Below, in pieces: positions 51,677 to 64,000 of a stretch of 64,000 bases of DNA. How positions within the stretch are numbered: position 1 is the first letter of the stretch; the number at the start of each line of letters is the position of its first letter. The position numbers were made by a program, and so were the translations under genes. This DNA is from a phage, in sequence record PZ534515.1. One strand, given 5' to 3'. The notes under the pieces were generated by a model, which worked only from the letters and a program-made list of their open reading frames with translations, was not told the DNA's origin and did not search any database.

Positions 51677-53143
51677 ATGGCAGAAATTACAGAAACACAA
51701 GAAAGCTTACCACCATTTAGAATGGGTGAAGTAGGTTCTTTGGGTCTGAAGGTTAAGAATGGTAGAATCTATGAAGAACCTCGTCAGGCACTAAGGTTCC
51801 CTGAAAGTATTAAAACTTTCCAATTAATGATGCGTGACCCTGCTGTAGCAGCATCTGTGAATATTATTAAGATGTTTGTCAGAAAAGTCAACTGGAGATT
51901 CGTACCTCCAAAGGGAAAAGAGCAAGACCCTAAAATGCTTGAAAGAGCAGACTTCTTTAATTCTTTAATGGATGACATGGAGCATGATTGGGCAGATTTT
52001 ATTAACTCTGTAATGTCATTCTGCACTTATGGGTTCTGTGTTAACGAAAAGGTTTATAAGAAACGTCAGGGTAAGAAAGGAAAGTATCAGTCAAAATTTG
52101 ATGATGGTCTAATTGGGTGGGCTAAATTACCAATCAGAAACCAGTCAACACTTGATAAGTGGTATTTTGACGAAGACTTTAGAAAAGTTACTGGTGTCAG
52201 ACAAAATCTAAGAAATGTTTCACATATTGCTGGAGCAATTAATCTTGGAGAAAGACCACTAACAAGAAAACTCCCACGAGCTAAATTCATGCTGTTTAAG
52301 TATGATGATGAGTATGGTAACCCAGAAGGTCGTTCACCATTACTTAATGCTTATGTACCGTGGAAGTATAAAGTACAGATTGAAGAGTATGAAGCTGTTG
52401 GTGTTTCAAGAGACTTAGTAGGTATGCCAAAGATTGGTTTACCACCAGATTATCTGGATGAAAATGCAGAGCCTGAAAAGAAAGCTTTCGTACAATACTG
52501 CAAAACTGTTGTTAATGATATGATTGCTAACGACAGAGCAGGTTTAATCTGGCCTAGATATATCGACCCAGATACTAAAGAGGATATTTTTGAGTTCTCA
52601 TTAGTTTCTAGACAGGGTGCTAAAGCATATGATACAGGTTCTATTATTGACAGATATTCTAAGCAGATTATGATGGCATTTATGTCAGATGTTCTTGCTA
52701 TGGGTCAGTCAAAATACGGTTCATTCTCTCTTGCAGATTCTAAGACAAGTCTATTAGCAATGTCGGTAGATATTCTGCTGAAGCAAATTAAGAACGTAAT
52801 TAACCGCGACTTAGTTGCACAGACTTATGCCCTTAATATGTGGGATGATGAAGAACATGTACAAATCACATATGATGATATCGAAACTCCAGACCTTGAA
52901 GCAATTGGTTCTTATATCCAGAAGACTGTTGCAGTAGGTGCTTTGGAAGTTGACAAAGAGCTATCTAACAAGCTTAGAGAGCATATTGGTCTTCCTCCTG
53001 CTGATGAGTCTCAGCCAGTATCTGAAAAGCTTTCTCCGAATAGCCAAAGCCGTTCAGGAGATGGTTATAAGACCGCTGGAGAAGGTACTGCAAAGACACC
53101 TTCAGCAAAAGACCCAAGCACAGCAAATAAGGCAAATAAATAA
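51677..53143 (+). CDS. portal protein
   Basis: About 489 aa, immediately downstream of the large terminase. Assigned by size and position. Confidence 0.5.
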   Translation: MAEITETQESLPPFRMGEVGSLGLKVKNGRIYEEPRQALRFPESIKTFQLMMRDPAVAASVNIIKMFVRKVNWRFVPPKGKEQDPKMLERADFFNSLMDDMEHDWADFINSVMSFCTYGFCVNEKVYKKRQGKKGKYQSKFDDGLIGWAKLPIRNQSTLDKWYFDEDFRKVTGVRQNLRNVSHIAGAINLGERPLTRKLPRAKFMLFKYDDEYGNPEGRSPLLNAYVPWKYKVQIEEYEAVGVSRDLVGMPKIGLPPDYLDENAEPEKKAFVQYCKTVVNDMIANDRAGLIWPRYIDPDTKEDIFEFSLVSRQGAKAYDTGSIIDRYSKQIMMAFMSDVLAMGQSKYGSFSLADSKTSLLAMSVDILLKQIKNVINRDLVAQTYALNMWDDEEHVQITYDDIETPDLEAIGSYIQKTVAVGALEVDKELSNKLREHIGLPPADESQPVSEKLSPNSQSRSGDGYKTAGEGTAKTPSAKDPSTANKANK

Positions 53144-53643
53144 TGGCTGAAGTTATCTCTATTTCAAATGCTACACGAGTGCATTCGTATAGAGGTGTCC
53201 TTATCATTACTGATAAGCTATCTGTAGAGGCTGGCTCAAGGGTCAGCCTTTCAGGTTATGTTAGTGATGGTGGAATCTCTGACGTTTTCACTATTTGTAG
53301 GTTACTTGATGCACCAATGAGTGGAAAACCGTTTATTTCAGGAAATTGTAGTGAAATTGTTAAAATTCCATTTGACAGTTCATGCCTTTTGGGTGTAAAG
53401 TTATATAACTGCGAGAATAAACGTATCAATGTTAATAGCATTGAAGCCGCTTTCATTACCCTCGACACTGCATTTCAATCTCCAATGACGGTTAATAAAG
53501 AAACAAACAGACTTGAATACATTTTTTCACAAAATGATTACAAAGTACTTGTCAAAGGTAAAGTATATGATATGATTGTAAATGTGGTAGATGAATCTGG
53601 TAACCATTCAACAGTCCTTAAACAAAAAGTAAGGTTTAATTAA
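53143..53643 (+). CDS. hypothetical protein (head module)
   Basis: Start overlaps the portal stop. Confidence 0.45.
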   Translation: MAEVISISNATRVHSYRGVLIITDKLSVEAGSRVSLSGYVSDGGISDVFTICRLLDAPMSGKPFISGNCSEIVKIPFDSSCLLGVKLYNCENKRINVNSIEAAFITLDTAFQSPMTVNKETNRLEYIFSQNDYKVLVKGKVYDMIVNVVDESGNHSTVLKQKVRFN

Positions 53644-53975
53644 TGGGAACATTAACTATTGATGGTAAGAATAAAATCCTCGCCACGCTAACCCCAACGA
53701 CTATTATTTTACACAATGTAGACCCAACGGCAGACCCTACAGCAAATAAGGTTACTCAGCCAGTGGCTATTTATTTTTCTGAACCGGATAATGGCTTAAT
53801 TGCCTCAGAAGACACAGTTAATATTACTGTCCCAGCTTCTGCAACGGTCTCACACTATAGCTTGTGGGATGCTAACGATAAATGCGTGGCAACTGGTGCT
53901 CTTAGCAAACCTCAATTCTTTGCTGAAGAAGGTATCTATGTTATCTCTTCAGTCTCTGTAGATTTAAACAAATAG
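53643..53975 (+). CDS. hypothetical protein (head module)
   Basis: Start overlaps the preceding stop. Confidence 0.45.
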   Translation: MGTLTIDGKNKILATLTPTTIILHNVDPTADPTANKVTQPVAIYFSEPDNGLIASEDTVNITVPASATVSHYSLWDANDKCVATGALSKPQFFAEEGIYVISSVSVDLNK

Positions 53976-53986
53976 GGTGAGTAAAA

Positions 53987-55333
53987 ATGAGTTCGAATAT
54001 CTTCAGACTTGCTGATAGATTATTCAACCAACCTTTACTAGCCACTGAATCATTAGCTCACTCAGCAGCAACTTATGTGAATAACAGATTGCTGGGTGAT
54101 GTCCAAGCAGCAGTAAACTTTGATAAACCCAAAGGTGAAGCAAGAAGTCTTTTAAAAGTAAAAGATGACATTGCTATTATTCCTATTATGGGTGGTTTAA
54201 CTCATCGTATGACATTCATTGATGCAATGTGTACAGGTGGTTTAAGCTCTTATGAAGGTTTACGTAGAGGCTTTGACGAAGCTTTAGCAGACGAGTCAAT
54301 TAAGACTATTGTTCTGCATATTGATTCTGGTGGTGGTGAAGCTTCAGGTTGCTTTGAATTAGCACGTCACATTATGGCTTCAAGAGGCCAAAAGAAAATT
54401 ATTGCTTATGTAGATGAGTTCGCTTGTTCCGCTGCATATGCTCTTGCATCTTCTGCTGAAGAGATTATTGCATCACCAGATGCAGATGTTGGTTCTATTG
54501 GTGTAATCATGGTTCATCAGGAATTAACTAAGGCATTTGAAAAGAATGGCGTAACAATTAACGTCATTAAAGCTGGTGAGTTTAAAGGTATGGGTTCACC
54601 ATTCCAAGCACTTTCAGAAGAAAGCAAAGAAAGACTTCAAAAGAGAATTAATGATACCTACGCAACCTTTACAGGTTTTGTAGCTGAATCGCGTAATCTC
54701 TCTGAAGAAGCTGTAAAGAATACTGAGGCGAATGTTTATTCTGCTCAGGAAGCTCTTGAACTTGGTTTAATTAACTCAATCATGTCTCAAGATGATTTCT
54801 TAAATTACTTACAAGGTTCTGAAGAGGCTCCTGTAAGTTTAAACGTTAACAATTCAGGTGAAGAAATGACTGAACAAGAAAAGCAAGAACTAGAAGCTTT
54901 GCGTCTTCAGGTTGCTCAAATGAAAGCTAAAGAACAGGAAGCTGCTTTGTCAGATTTGACTAATAAGATTTCTGCTTCTGCTGAAGCTTTTGGATTTGAT
55001 GCAAAAGAAGCTGCAACGACTATTTTAGGTGCTGGTCTTGATAACCCTCTGAGTGTTCTGTTTATGAATGCTATGGAAGGTGCTAACCAGAAACTTAATG
55101 AAACTATCGCATCCCATGCTTCTACAATGGAAGAAAAAGAATCAGAAATTACCAAGCTGAAAGAAACTGCTGGTGCTGTTCTTGAACATTCCAACGCTAT
55201 GGAAGAAATGGGTAATGACGGCGAAGCTGATTTGGTTGAAGAAGAAAAAGAACCAGCTAAGAATGCTTCCGAAGACACCGCTGAACAACGCAAACTGGCT
55301 CTCCAGAATGCTCTAAAATCTCTTATCAAATAA
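53987..55333 (+). CDS. prohead protease (S49/SppA-type) fused to a coiled-coil scaffold-like C-terminal domain
   Basis: S49-like core (IVLHIDSGGGEASG ... GSIGVIMV); the C-terminal 170 aa are Ala/Glu/Lys-rich coiled coil. Confidence 0.55.
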   Translation: MSSNIFRLADRLFNQPLLATESLAHSAATYVNNRLLGDVQAAVNFDKPKGEARSLLKVKDDIAIIPIMGGLTHRMTFIDAMCTGGLSSYEGLRRGFDEALADESIKTIVLHIDSGGGEASGCFELARHIMASRGQKKIIAYVDEFACSAAYALASSAEEIIASPDADVGSIGVIMVHQELTKAFEKNGVTINVIKAGEFKGMGSPFQALSEESKERLQKRINDTYATFTGFVAESRNLSEEAVKNTEANVYSAQEALELGLINSIMSQDDFLNYLQGSEEAPVSLNVNNSGEEMTEQEKQELEALRLQVAQMKAKEQEAALSDLTNKISASAEAFGFDAKEAATTILGAGLDNPLSVLFMNAMEGANQKLNETIASHASTMEEKESEITKLKETAGAVLEHSNAMEEMGNDGEADLVEEEKEPAKNASEDTAEQRKLALQNALKSLIK

Positions 55334-55344
55334 GGAACACAATA

Positions 55345-55722
55345 ATGGCATATCAAGGTTTTACTAAGTTAGGTAAAAGAGAACCTCTGAATGATATCAT
55401 TCTTTGGGAACAGGTTACCCCAACAGGCCACTCTCGTAAAGAGTACACTCCGGTTGCTTCAACAGAATACCGTGTAGGCGAAGTTCTGAAAGCAGATGGT
55501 ACTAAGGTACAAGCTGGGGAAGAAACTCAGGCTGATTCTGTATGTATCGTTAACTTTTATGCAGACCTGCAACTGTCTTACCACGGTCAGTTGAAAGTTG
55601 TTGGTATTTACCGTGATGCAGAATTAAAAGACATGCTAACTCTTGAGTCAAGCGTTGATGCTGATGCAGTCAAGAAAGCTCTGGCTGCTAAAGGTATTGA
55701 TTTCGTACCAACTGGCCTGTAA
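55345..55722 (+). CDS. hypothetical head protein (possible decoration protein)
   Basis: 125 aa between the protease and the major capsid gene. Position only. Confidence 0.35.
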   Translation: MAYQGFTKLGKREPLNDIILWEQVTPTGHSRKEYTPVASTEYRVGEVLKADGTKVQAGEETQADSVCIVNFYADLQLSYHGQLKVVGIYRDAELKDMLTLESSVDADAVKKALAAKGIDFVPTGL

Positions 55723-55755
55723 TAACAATAATAAGACATTCTGGAGAATTTTACA

Positions 55756-56862
55756 ATGTTGACTAATTCTGAAAAAAGCAGATTTTTCCTTGCTGACCTG
55801 ACTGGTGAAGTCCAGTCTATCCCAAACACTTATGGGTATATTTCCAACTTAGGTCTGTTCCGTTCAGCACCAATCACCCAAACTACTTTCCTTATGGACT
55901 TGACTGATTGGGATGTTAGCTTGCTTGATGCGGTAGACCGTGATAGCCGCAAAGCAGAGACTAGCGCACCTGAGCGTGTTCGTCAAATCAGCTTCCCAAT
56001 GATGTACTTCAAAGAAGTTGAAAGCATCACTCCTGATGAAATTCAGGGTGTACGTCAGCCAGGCACTGCAAACGAACTGACCACTGAAGCTGTAGTACGT
56101 GCTAAGAAGCTGATGAAGATTCGTACCAAGTTCGATATTACTCGTGAGTTCCTGTTTATGCAAGCTCTGAAGGGTAAAGTTGTTGATGCTCGTGGTACTC
56201 TGTACGCTGACCTGTACAAGCAGTTCGATGTTGAGAAGAAGACTATTTACTTCGACCTTGACAACCCTAATGCTGATATCGACGCTTCTATTGAAGAACT
56301 GCGTATGCACATGGAAGACGAAGCTAAGACTGGCACTGTAATCAACGGTGAAGAAATTCACGTAGTTGTTGACCGTGTATTCTTCAGCAAGCTGGTTAAG
56401 CATCCTAAGATTCGTGACGCTTATCTTGCACAGCAGACTCCGCTGGCTTGGCAACAGATTACTGGTTCTCTGAGAACTGGTGGTACTGACGGCGTTCAGG
56501 CTCACATGAACACTTTCTACTACGGTGGTGTTAAGTTTGTCCAGTACAACGGTAAGTTCAAAGACAAGCGTGGTAAGGTTCACACTCTGGTGAGCATTGA
56601 TAGTGTAGCAGACACTGTTGGTGTTGGTCATGCTTTCCCTAACGTTTCTATGCTGGGTGAAGCAAACAACATCTTCGAAGTTGCATACGGTCCATGTCCT
56701 AAGATGGGTTATGCAAATACACTTGGTCAGGAACTGTACGTATTCGAATACGAAAAAGACCGTGACGAAGGTATTGACTTCGAAGCTCACTCTTACATGC
56801 TGCCATACTGTACTCGTCCTCAGTTGCTGGTAGATGTTCGCGCTGACGCTCAAGGTGGCTGA
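55756..56862 (+). CDS. major capsid protein
   Basis: 368 aa downstream of protease/scaffold. Strong highly-expressed-gene codon bias (CTG, CGT, GGT, GTT). Position and size. Confidence 0.55.
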   Translation: MLTNSEKSRFFLADLTGEVQSIPNTYGYISNLGLFRSAPITQTTFLMDLTDWDVSLLDAVDRDSRKAETSAPERVRQISFPMMYFKEVESITPDEIQGVRQPGTANELTTEAVVRAKKLMKIRTKFDITREFLFMQALKGKVVDARGTLYADLYKQFDVEKKTIYFDLDNPNADIDASIEELRMHMEDEAKTGTVINGEEIHVVVDRVFFSKLVKHPKIRDAYLAQQTPLAWQQITGSLRTGGTDGVQAHMNTFYYGGVKFVQYNGKFKDKRGKVHTLVSIDSVADTVGVGHAFPNVSMLGEANNIFEVAYGPCPKMGYANTLGQELYVFEYEKDRDEGIDFEAHSYMLPYCTRPQLLVDVRADAQGG

Positions 56863-56882
56863 TAAACTTAGGAGGGTTATGA

Positions 56883-57332
56883 ATGTGTTATACAGGCGAC
56901 CCAGCCAATAACCCTCTTGATAGAGTAAGAATCCTCTGCACAGACACCAATAATGATGAGATTCTTATTGAGCAGTCTGTGCTAGAGTGGTTCTATCTAG
57001 AATCTGGAAAGGATGAAAAGAAAGCAGCCATCAAAGCTCTTAAATATTTACTCTTTCAAGTAGCCAAGATGGGAGATGAGAAAGTTGGTGGTGTTTACTT
57101 ACGTAACTCTTCCAGATTCAAATCTCTGAAAGCTGTTTATGACGACCTTGTTAAAAGCTCTGTTTCAGGACTACCCTATGCAGGTGGTATTAACCAGTGT
57201 GATATTGACATGCGTCGTCAGAATCCTTGCTCTGTCAAGAAATACACAGAATATGGTGATGCTGCCAGATACGAAGGCAGAGATTACTGCAACCGTGTTA
57301 ATGGCGTATTTATTATCGAGCGAGATGAATAA
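56883..57332 (+). CDS. hypothetical protein (head completion / connector region)
   Basis: Position between the capsid and tail genes. Confidence 0.4.
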   Translation: MCYTGDPANNPLDRVRILCTDTNNDEILIEQSVLEWFYLESGKDEKKAAIKALKYLLFQVAKMGDEKVGGVYLRNSSRFKSLKAVYDDLVKSSVSGLPYAGGINQCDIDMRRQNPCSVKKYTEYGDAARYEGRDYCNRVNGVFIIERDE

Positions 57333-57814
57333 TGGTTAAAAGGGTTATTCACCCCGCTAGAGCAAAATTAGTCGGGGCTATGAAGAACTTGCAAACGGCT
57401 AATGCTCAAGTTGGGTATTTTCAAGAACAAGGTCAACATAGCTCTGGTTTTTCTTATCCTGCTTTAATGTATTTACAAGAAGTCATTGGAGTTCCTTCAG
57501 CTTCTGGTAAAGTATATCGTAGGTTGTTTGAAATCACTATGATGCTAAACAGACAGACCTTGTTAGAGCAGACTAAGAAGAATCTATATAAGCAACTTAG
57601 CAGTCTCAACACAGACCCTTCAGATACCTTAGAAGTATTTGCAAAGAATGCTCAAAAGGCAATTAAAAGAGGCTTTGGTAATTCTGCTATCCTCCCTCCT
57701 AACGCACCTTCCACAGTCAAGAAAAAAGGTTTTAACGCACCTCTTGTTGAGACAGGTGACTTAAGGGATAACCTTGCTTATAAAATTTCTACTAAGAAGG
57801 GTATTAAAAAATGA
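57332..57814 (+). CDS. hypothetical protein (head-tail joining region)
   Basis: Overlapping start/stop chain typical of a structural operon. Confidence 0.4.
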   Translation: MVKRVIHPARAKLVGAMKNLQTANAQVGYFQEQGQHSSGFSYPALMYLQEVIGVPSASGKVYRRLFEITMMLNRQTLLEQTKKNLYKQLSSLNTDPSDTLEVFAKNAQKAIKRGFGNSAILPPNAPSTVKKKGFNAPLVETGDLRDNLAYKISTKKGIKK

Positions 57815-58212
57815 GACTCTTAAACAGACACAGCTTTGTAGTAAAGCGTAAAGTCTCTGAAGACGGTTATTATAATGATGATGGTGATTGGGTAGCTTCA
57901 CAAGATATTGTTGAGGTTAACTGCAAAGGTAATATTCAGCCATACATCAAAGGTTCTGTAAAGAACGGTACACAGATTGCTTTACCGGAAGGTATTAGAC
58001 TCACCGATACAAGAATCCTGTATACTACATATAAACTTAGAACTTCAGATGATGTAGAGTGGAATGAGTCTGACATTGTTATGATTGATGGTCATGAGTA
58101 TGAAGTATTTATGACTATGGATTGGTCACAACAATTAGCCCATACGTCCCATTATGAATATATCATTATTAGAAGGGATAAAATGAATGCAGTTAGAAAC
58201 AGCAGAACTTGA
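57811..58212 (+). CDS. hypothetical protein (head-tail joining region)
   Basis: Overlapping start/stop. Confidence 0.4.
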   Translation: MRLLNRHSFVVKRKVSEDGYYNDDGDWVASQDIVEVNCKGNIQPYIKGSVKNGTQIALPEGIRLTDTRILYTTYKLRTSDDVEWNESDIVMIDGHEYEVFMTMDWSQQLAHTSHYEYIIIRRDKMNAVRNSRT

Positions 58213-58786
58213 AAAAGGTCTAGTTAGAACCTTAGTGGATGTTATTGGTCACAGACTAGCTCGTGATAAAAATAATAGGCCAAACGTAATTAGAGCTTAC
58301 CCTTCTGATAACTCAAATGACAAAGGTTTAAAACCTGACCAACCATTTATCACCGTATACTGTCAAGATGCTGCAACACCTTATGGTTGGGTTCTTGATA
58401 AGTTTGTTGAGGATGATGTAGTTTGTTACAGAATTGCTTTTCAGATTCCTGTATTAATTACGGTAAATGGTAAAGGTGCTCATAGTATTATGCTTGAGCT
58501 TAAACAACGATTAGAGATGAGTTCAGTAAGAGATTTAATCCTTGAAGAAACAGGAGCTACAGTACTAGACACTGGAGCAATCCCAAATGATTATACTTAT
58601 CTCAATACAGATTTCGAAAATTCTGCACCTCTTGTTGTAACTCTTGTAAAAAACTCAGTCCTGAAAGATGAACGTGGAAGTATTATTGAGCGTGTCATTG
58701 TTGATGGTGAGTTAGTTTATGAAGAAGGACAAGAGCCACCAGAATATACTATCCATCTAGATGTAGACTCCAAAGGGGTAAAATAA
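58187..58786 (+). CDS. hypothetical protein (tail completion region)
   Basis: ATG start. Confidence 0.4.
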   Translation: MQLETAELEKGLVRTLVDVIGHRLARDKNNRPNVIRAYPSDNSNDKGLKPDQPFITVYCQDAATPYGWVLDKFVEDDVVCYRIAFQIPVLITVNGKGAHSIMLELKQRLEMSSVRDLILEETGATVLDTGAIPNDYTYLNTDFENSAPLVVTLVKNSVLKDERGSIIERVIVDGELVYEEGQEPPEYTIHLDVDSKGVK

Positions 58787-60139
58787 ATGTGGAATCCAAT
58801 TGTTAATGTAGATATTACATTGAACACCGCAGGAACTACAAGAGAAGGTTTTGGTTTGCCACTATTCTTAGCTTCAACAGATAATTTTGAAGAAAGAGTT
58901 CGTGGTTACACTTCCTTAACTGAAGTTGCTGAAGATTTCGATGAGAATACTGCTGCATATAAGGCTGCTAAACAACTTTGGAGTCAGACTCCTAAAGTAA
59001 CTCAGCTTTATATTGGTAGACGTGCTATGCAGTACACTGTATCAATTCCTAATGCCGTTACTGAAAGTACAGACTACTCAATTACTGTAGCTGCTGGCGG
59101 TGGAATTTCTCAACCATATCAGTATACAGCACAAGCTGAAGACACTGCTGAAAACGTGTTGCAACAGTTTAAAACACAGATTGAAGCTGACCCAACAATC
59201 AAAGATAAGGTTTCTGTGAACGTAACTGGTAGCAATGGTTCTGCCACAATGATTATTACCAAAGCTGGTGATAATGACTTTGTGAAAGTAACAACTACAG
59301 CACAGACTGTATATGTTGCAAGTACAACTGCTGATACAGCATCAACTGCTCTTGCAGCCATCGAAACTTACTCTACCGACTGGTATTTCATTGCAGCAGA
59401 AGATAGAACTCAACAGTTTGTCTTAGCAATGGCTTCCGAGATTCAGGCTCGTAAGAAAGTCTTCTTCACGGCTAACTCTGATGTAGCAGCACTACAAGGC
59501 ACAGAATTGGCTAGTGCAAATGACGTCCCAGCACAGCTTGCTAAGAATATGTACACTCGTACAGTTTGTTTGTGGCATCACACAGCAGCAGAAGATTATC
59601 CAGAGATGGCATACATTGCTTATGGTGCTCCATATGATGCAGGTTCAATTGCTTGGGGTAATGCGCAGTTAACTGGTGTAGCTGCTTCTCTACAGCCATC
59701 TAATCAGAGACCTCTGACAAGTATTCAGAAGTCTGCTTTAGATGTACGTCACTGTAACTTTATTGACCTTGATGGTGGTGTTCCAGTGGTTCGTAGAGGG
59801 ATTACTTCTGGTGGGGAATGGATTGACATCATCCGTGGTGTTGACTGGTTAGAATCAGACCTGAAAACTTCTCTGAGAGACTTGCTAATTAATCAGAAGG
59901 GTGGTAAGATTACTTATGATGATACTGGTATTACCCGTATTCGTCAAGTCATTGAAACCTCTCTACAAAGAGCAGTTAACAGAAACTTCCTGTCATCTTA
60001 CACAGTAAATGTTCCTAAAGCCTCTCAAGTTGCTTTGGCAGACAAGAAAGCTCGTATCCTGAAAGACGTTACCTTCGCAGGTATCTTAGCAGGTGCTATC
60101 TTGGATGTTGACTTGAAAGGTACAGTGGCTTACGAATAA
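58787..60139 (+). CDS. tail sheath-like protein
   Basis: 450 aa followed by a 148-aa ORF, two small ORFs and a tape measure gene, matching the contractile-tail order sheath-tube-chaperones-TMP. No motif support. Confidence 0.4.
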   Translation: MWNPIVNVDITLNTAGTTREGFGLPLFLASTDNFEERVRGYTSLTEVAEDFDENTAAYKAAKQLWSQTPKVTQLYIGRRAMQYTVSIPNAVTESTDYSITVAAGGGISQPYQYTAQAEDTAENVLQQFKTQIEADPTIKDKVSVNVTGSNGSATMIITKAGDNDFVKVTTTAQTVYVASTTADTASTALAAIETYSTDWYFIAAEDRTQQFVLAMASEIQARKKVFFTANSDVAALQGTELASANDVPAQLAKNMYTRTVCLWHHTAAEDYPEMAYIAYGAPYDAGSIAWGNAQLTGVAASLQPSNQRPLTSIQKSALDVRHCNFIDLDGGVPVVRRGITSGGEWIDIIRGVDWLESDLKTSLRDLLINQKGGKITYDDTGITRIRQVIETSLQRAVNRNFLSSYTVNVPKASQVALADKKARILKDVTFAGILAGAILDVDLKGTVAYE

Positions 60140-60154
60140 TAGAGGTAAATTGGA

Positions 60155-60601
60155 ATGGCTATGTATCAGCAATATTCCCCTAAAGACGTTGTATGTAGCT
60201 GGAACGGCATTGCTATTGAAGGCTTTGCCCCAGACTCATTCTTACGTCTACAGAGAACATCACCACTTATTACACCAGTTGTAGGTGCAGGTGGTCAGGT
60301 TGCTCTGACAAGAAATGCAGACAAGACAGGTACTATTGAGATTGAGCTAATGCAGACTTCTCTCTCTAACCAGATGCTTTCTGCAATTCAAGCTAAACAA
60401 GACAATATGGAACTTGAAGAAGATATCTCTTCTAACTTCGTAATCTACGACCCATCAGGCTCTGTTCTGGCAACTGGTATTAATGCTTGGTTGCAGGAAT
60501 TGCCACAGATTGAACTTGGTCGTGACCAGAACTCTAAAACTTGGATTTTTGGTTGTGAGAAGCTAGACTACACTTCTACAATTCCAGCGTCAAGTGTTTA
60601 A
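60155..60601 (+). CDS. tail tube-like protein
   Basis: 148 aa directly after the sheath-like gene; followed by a terminator-like hairpin. Confidence 0.4.
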   Translation: MAMYQQYSPKDVVCSWNGIAIEGFAPDSFLRLQRTSPLITPVVGAGGQVALTRNADKTGTIEIELMQTSLSNQMLSAIQAKQDNMELEEDISSNFVIYDPSGSVLATGINAWLQELPQIELGRDQNSKTWIFGCEKLDYTSTIPASSV

Positions 60602-60613
60602 TAAATCCTATAA

Positions 60614-60650
60614 GGGGGAGACTTTAAAAGGTCTTCCCCTTTTTTGTTTC
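60614..60650 (+). terminator. hairpin / terminator after the tube-like gene
   Basis: gggggagac ... gtcttcccc hairpin followed by TTTTTGTTTCTTTT. Confidence 0.5.
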
Positions 60651-60674
60651 TTTTAAAAGTATTAAGGAATCACA

Positions 60675-61073
60675 ATGAAAACAGAATCTAGAGTAATTAA
60701 TGGTAAGAAAGTAAATATCATTCTGCTTGGGGCAAGAGACGGTATTAAGATGTCTATGAAGTTGGGTAAAATTGTTGTTCCAACATTTGCACAGATGCTG
60801 TCAAGTCTTACGGATAAAGATAAGAAAGAAGCTCCAATGGTTCCATTTAAAGAACTTGTTGAAGCTTGTTTTGACAGAATTGAAGAAATTAACCTAGAAG
60901 AAATGGCTACCCTGCTATTTCAAGGGGCAACTGTTGATGACTTCCCACTCAATATTGATACGTACTTCCAAGCAAACTACGGTGAATTTATTGATTACTT
61001 AGCATTTGCGCTGGAGGCAAACTTCGGAAGTTTTTTCGAAGCAAGCATTTTCAAAAGCCTAACTTCTCAGTAA
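60675..61073 (+). CDS. tail assembly chaperone-like protein
   Basis: Position immediately upstream of the tape measure gene. Confidence 0.35.
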   Translation: MKTESRVINGKKVNIILLGARDGIKMSMKLGKIVVPTFAQMLSSLTDKDKKEAPMVPFKELVEACFDRIEEINLEEMATLLFQGATVDDFPLNIDTYFQANYGEFIDYLAFALEANFGSFFEASIFKSLTSQ

Positions 61074-61075
61074 AC

Positions 61076-61314
61076 ATGGGTAACACTCTACAGACACCAC
61101 TGACTGATGCTGCTGTAGAGGCAACCTATGAAGAAGCAGACGAGATGAAATTTGTGCTTGCTATTTATGGTATGGAAGGGTGTAAAGAAACACTTGACCA
61201 ACTCTTTGCTATGACATTCTCTGATTTATTATCATTGAGACAATTTCTTGAAATTCAGAGGTCGTATAAAGAGGAAATTGCTTACAACGAACTTAGAAGA
61301 GCAGGAAAAATGTA

Positions 61315-61315
<1 letters not shown>
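61076..61315 (+). CDS. hypothetical protein (second small ORF before tape measure)
   Basis: Position. No overlap with the preceding ORF, so no frameshift evidence. Confidence 0.35.

Positions 61316-64000
<2,685 letters not shown>

Noticed and set aside
55864-56853. 329-aa antisense ORF spanning the major capsid gene
   Set aside because: It is the mirror image of a strongly codon-biased plus-strand gene, with no start context. Long antisense ORFs are common opposite high-bias genes.

Overview
The window is a gene-dense segment of a virulent tailed-phage genome; no integrase or lysogeny genes are visible. From 1 to about 26 kb the plus strand carries replication and nucleotide-metabolism genes: a 5'-truncated DnaB-like helicase, an SSB-like protein, a FEN-type 5'-3' exonuclease, class Ia RNR NrdA/NrdB with a glutaredoxin, class III RNR NrdD/NrdG, a PRPP-synthetase-like and NAMPT-like pair, rIIA/rIIB-like proteins, a secreted lytic transglycosylase, a spanin-like overlapping pair and a macrodomain protein. 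From 26.6 to 33 kb there is an array of about 15 small genes, each preceded by a near-identical stem-loop plus ribosome-binding-site module. A 1.5 kb ORF-free, repeat-dense zone (33.0-34.5 kb) lies between convergent terminators. A minus-strand block (34.6-42.4 kb) includes a GH24 lysozyme and an Ig-like-repeat protein. A tRNA bank (44.6-49.6 kb) holds 27 candidate tRNAs whose hand-read anticodons cover all 20 amino acids. The window ends with a structural module: large terminase, portal, S49-type prohead protease, major capsid, sheath-like, tube-like and tape measure proteins. The gene content is reminiscent of large virulent enterobacterial myoviruses, but that is inference only. All calls rest on motif reading, ORF geometry and hand-folding of the raw sequence; no database search or tRNA scanner was run, so tRNA coordinates are approximate to a few nucleotides. 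The items I consider most worth a second look are the Prs/NAMPT pair (consistent with the published NARP1 NAD+-reconstitution counter-defence pathway), the adjacent macrodomain protein, the modular small-gene array, the iteron-like ORF-free zone, and a vWA-domain protein sitting directly upstream of an unusual tRNA bank.
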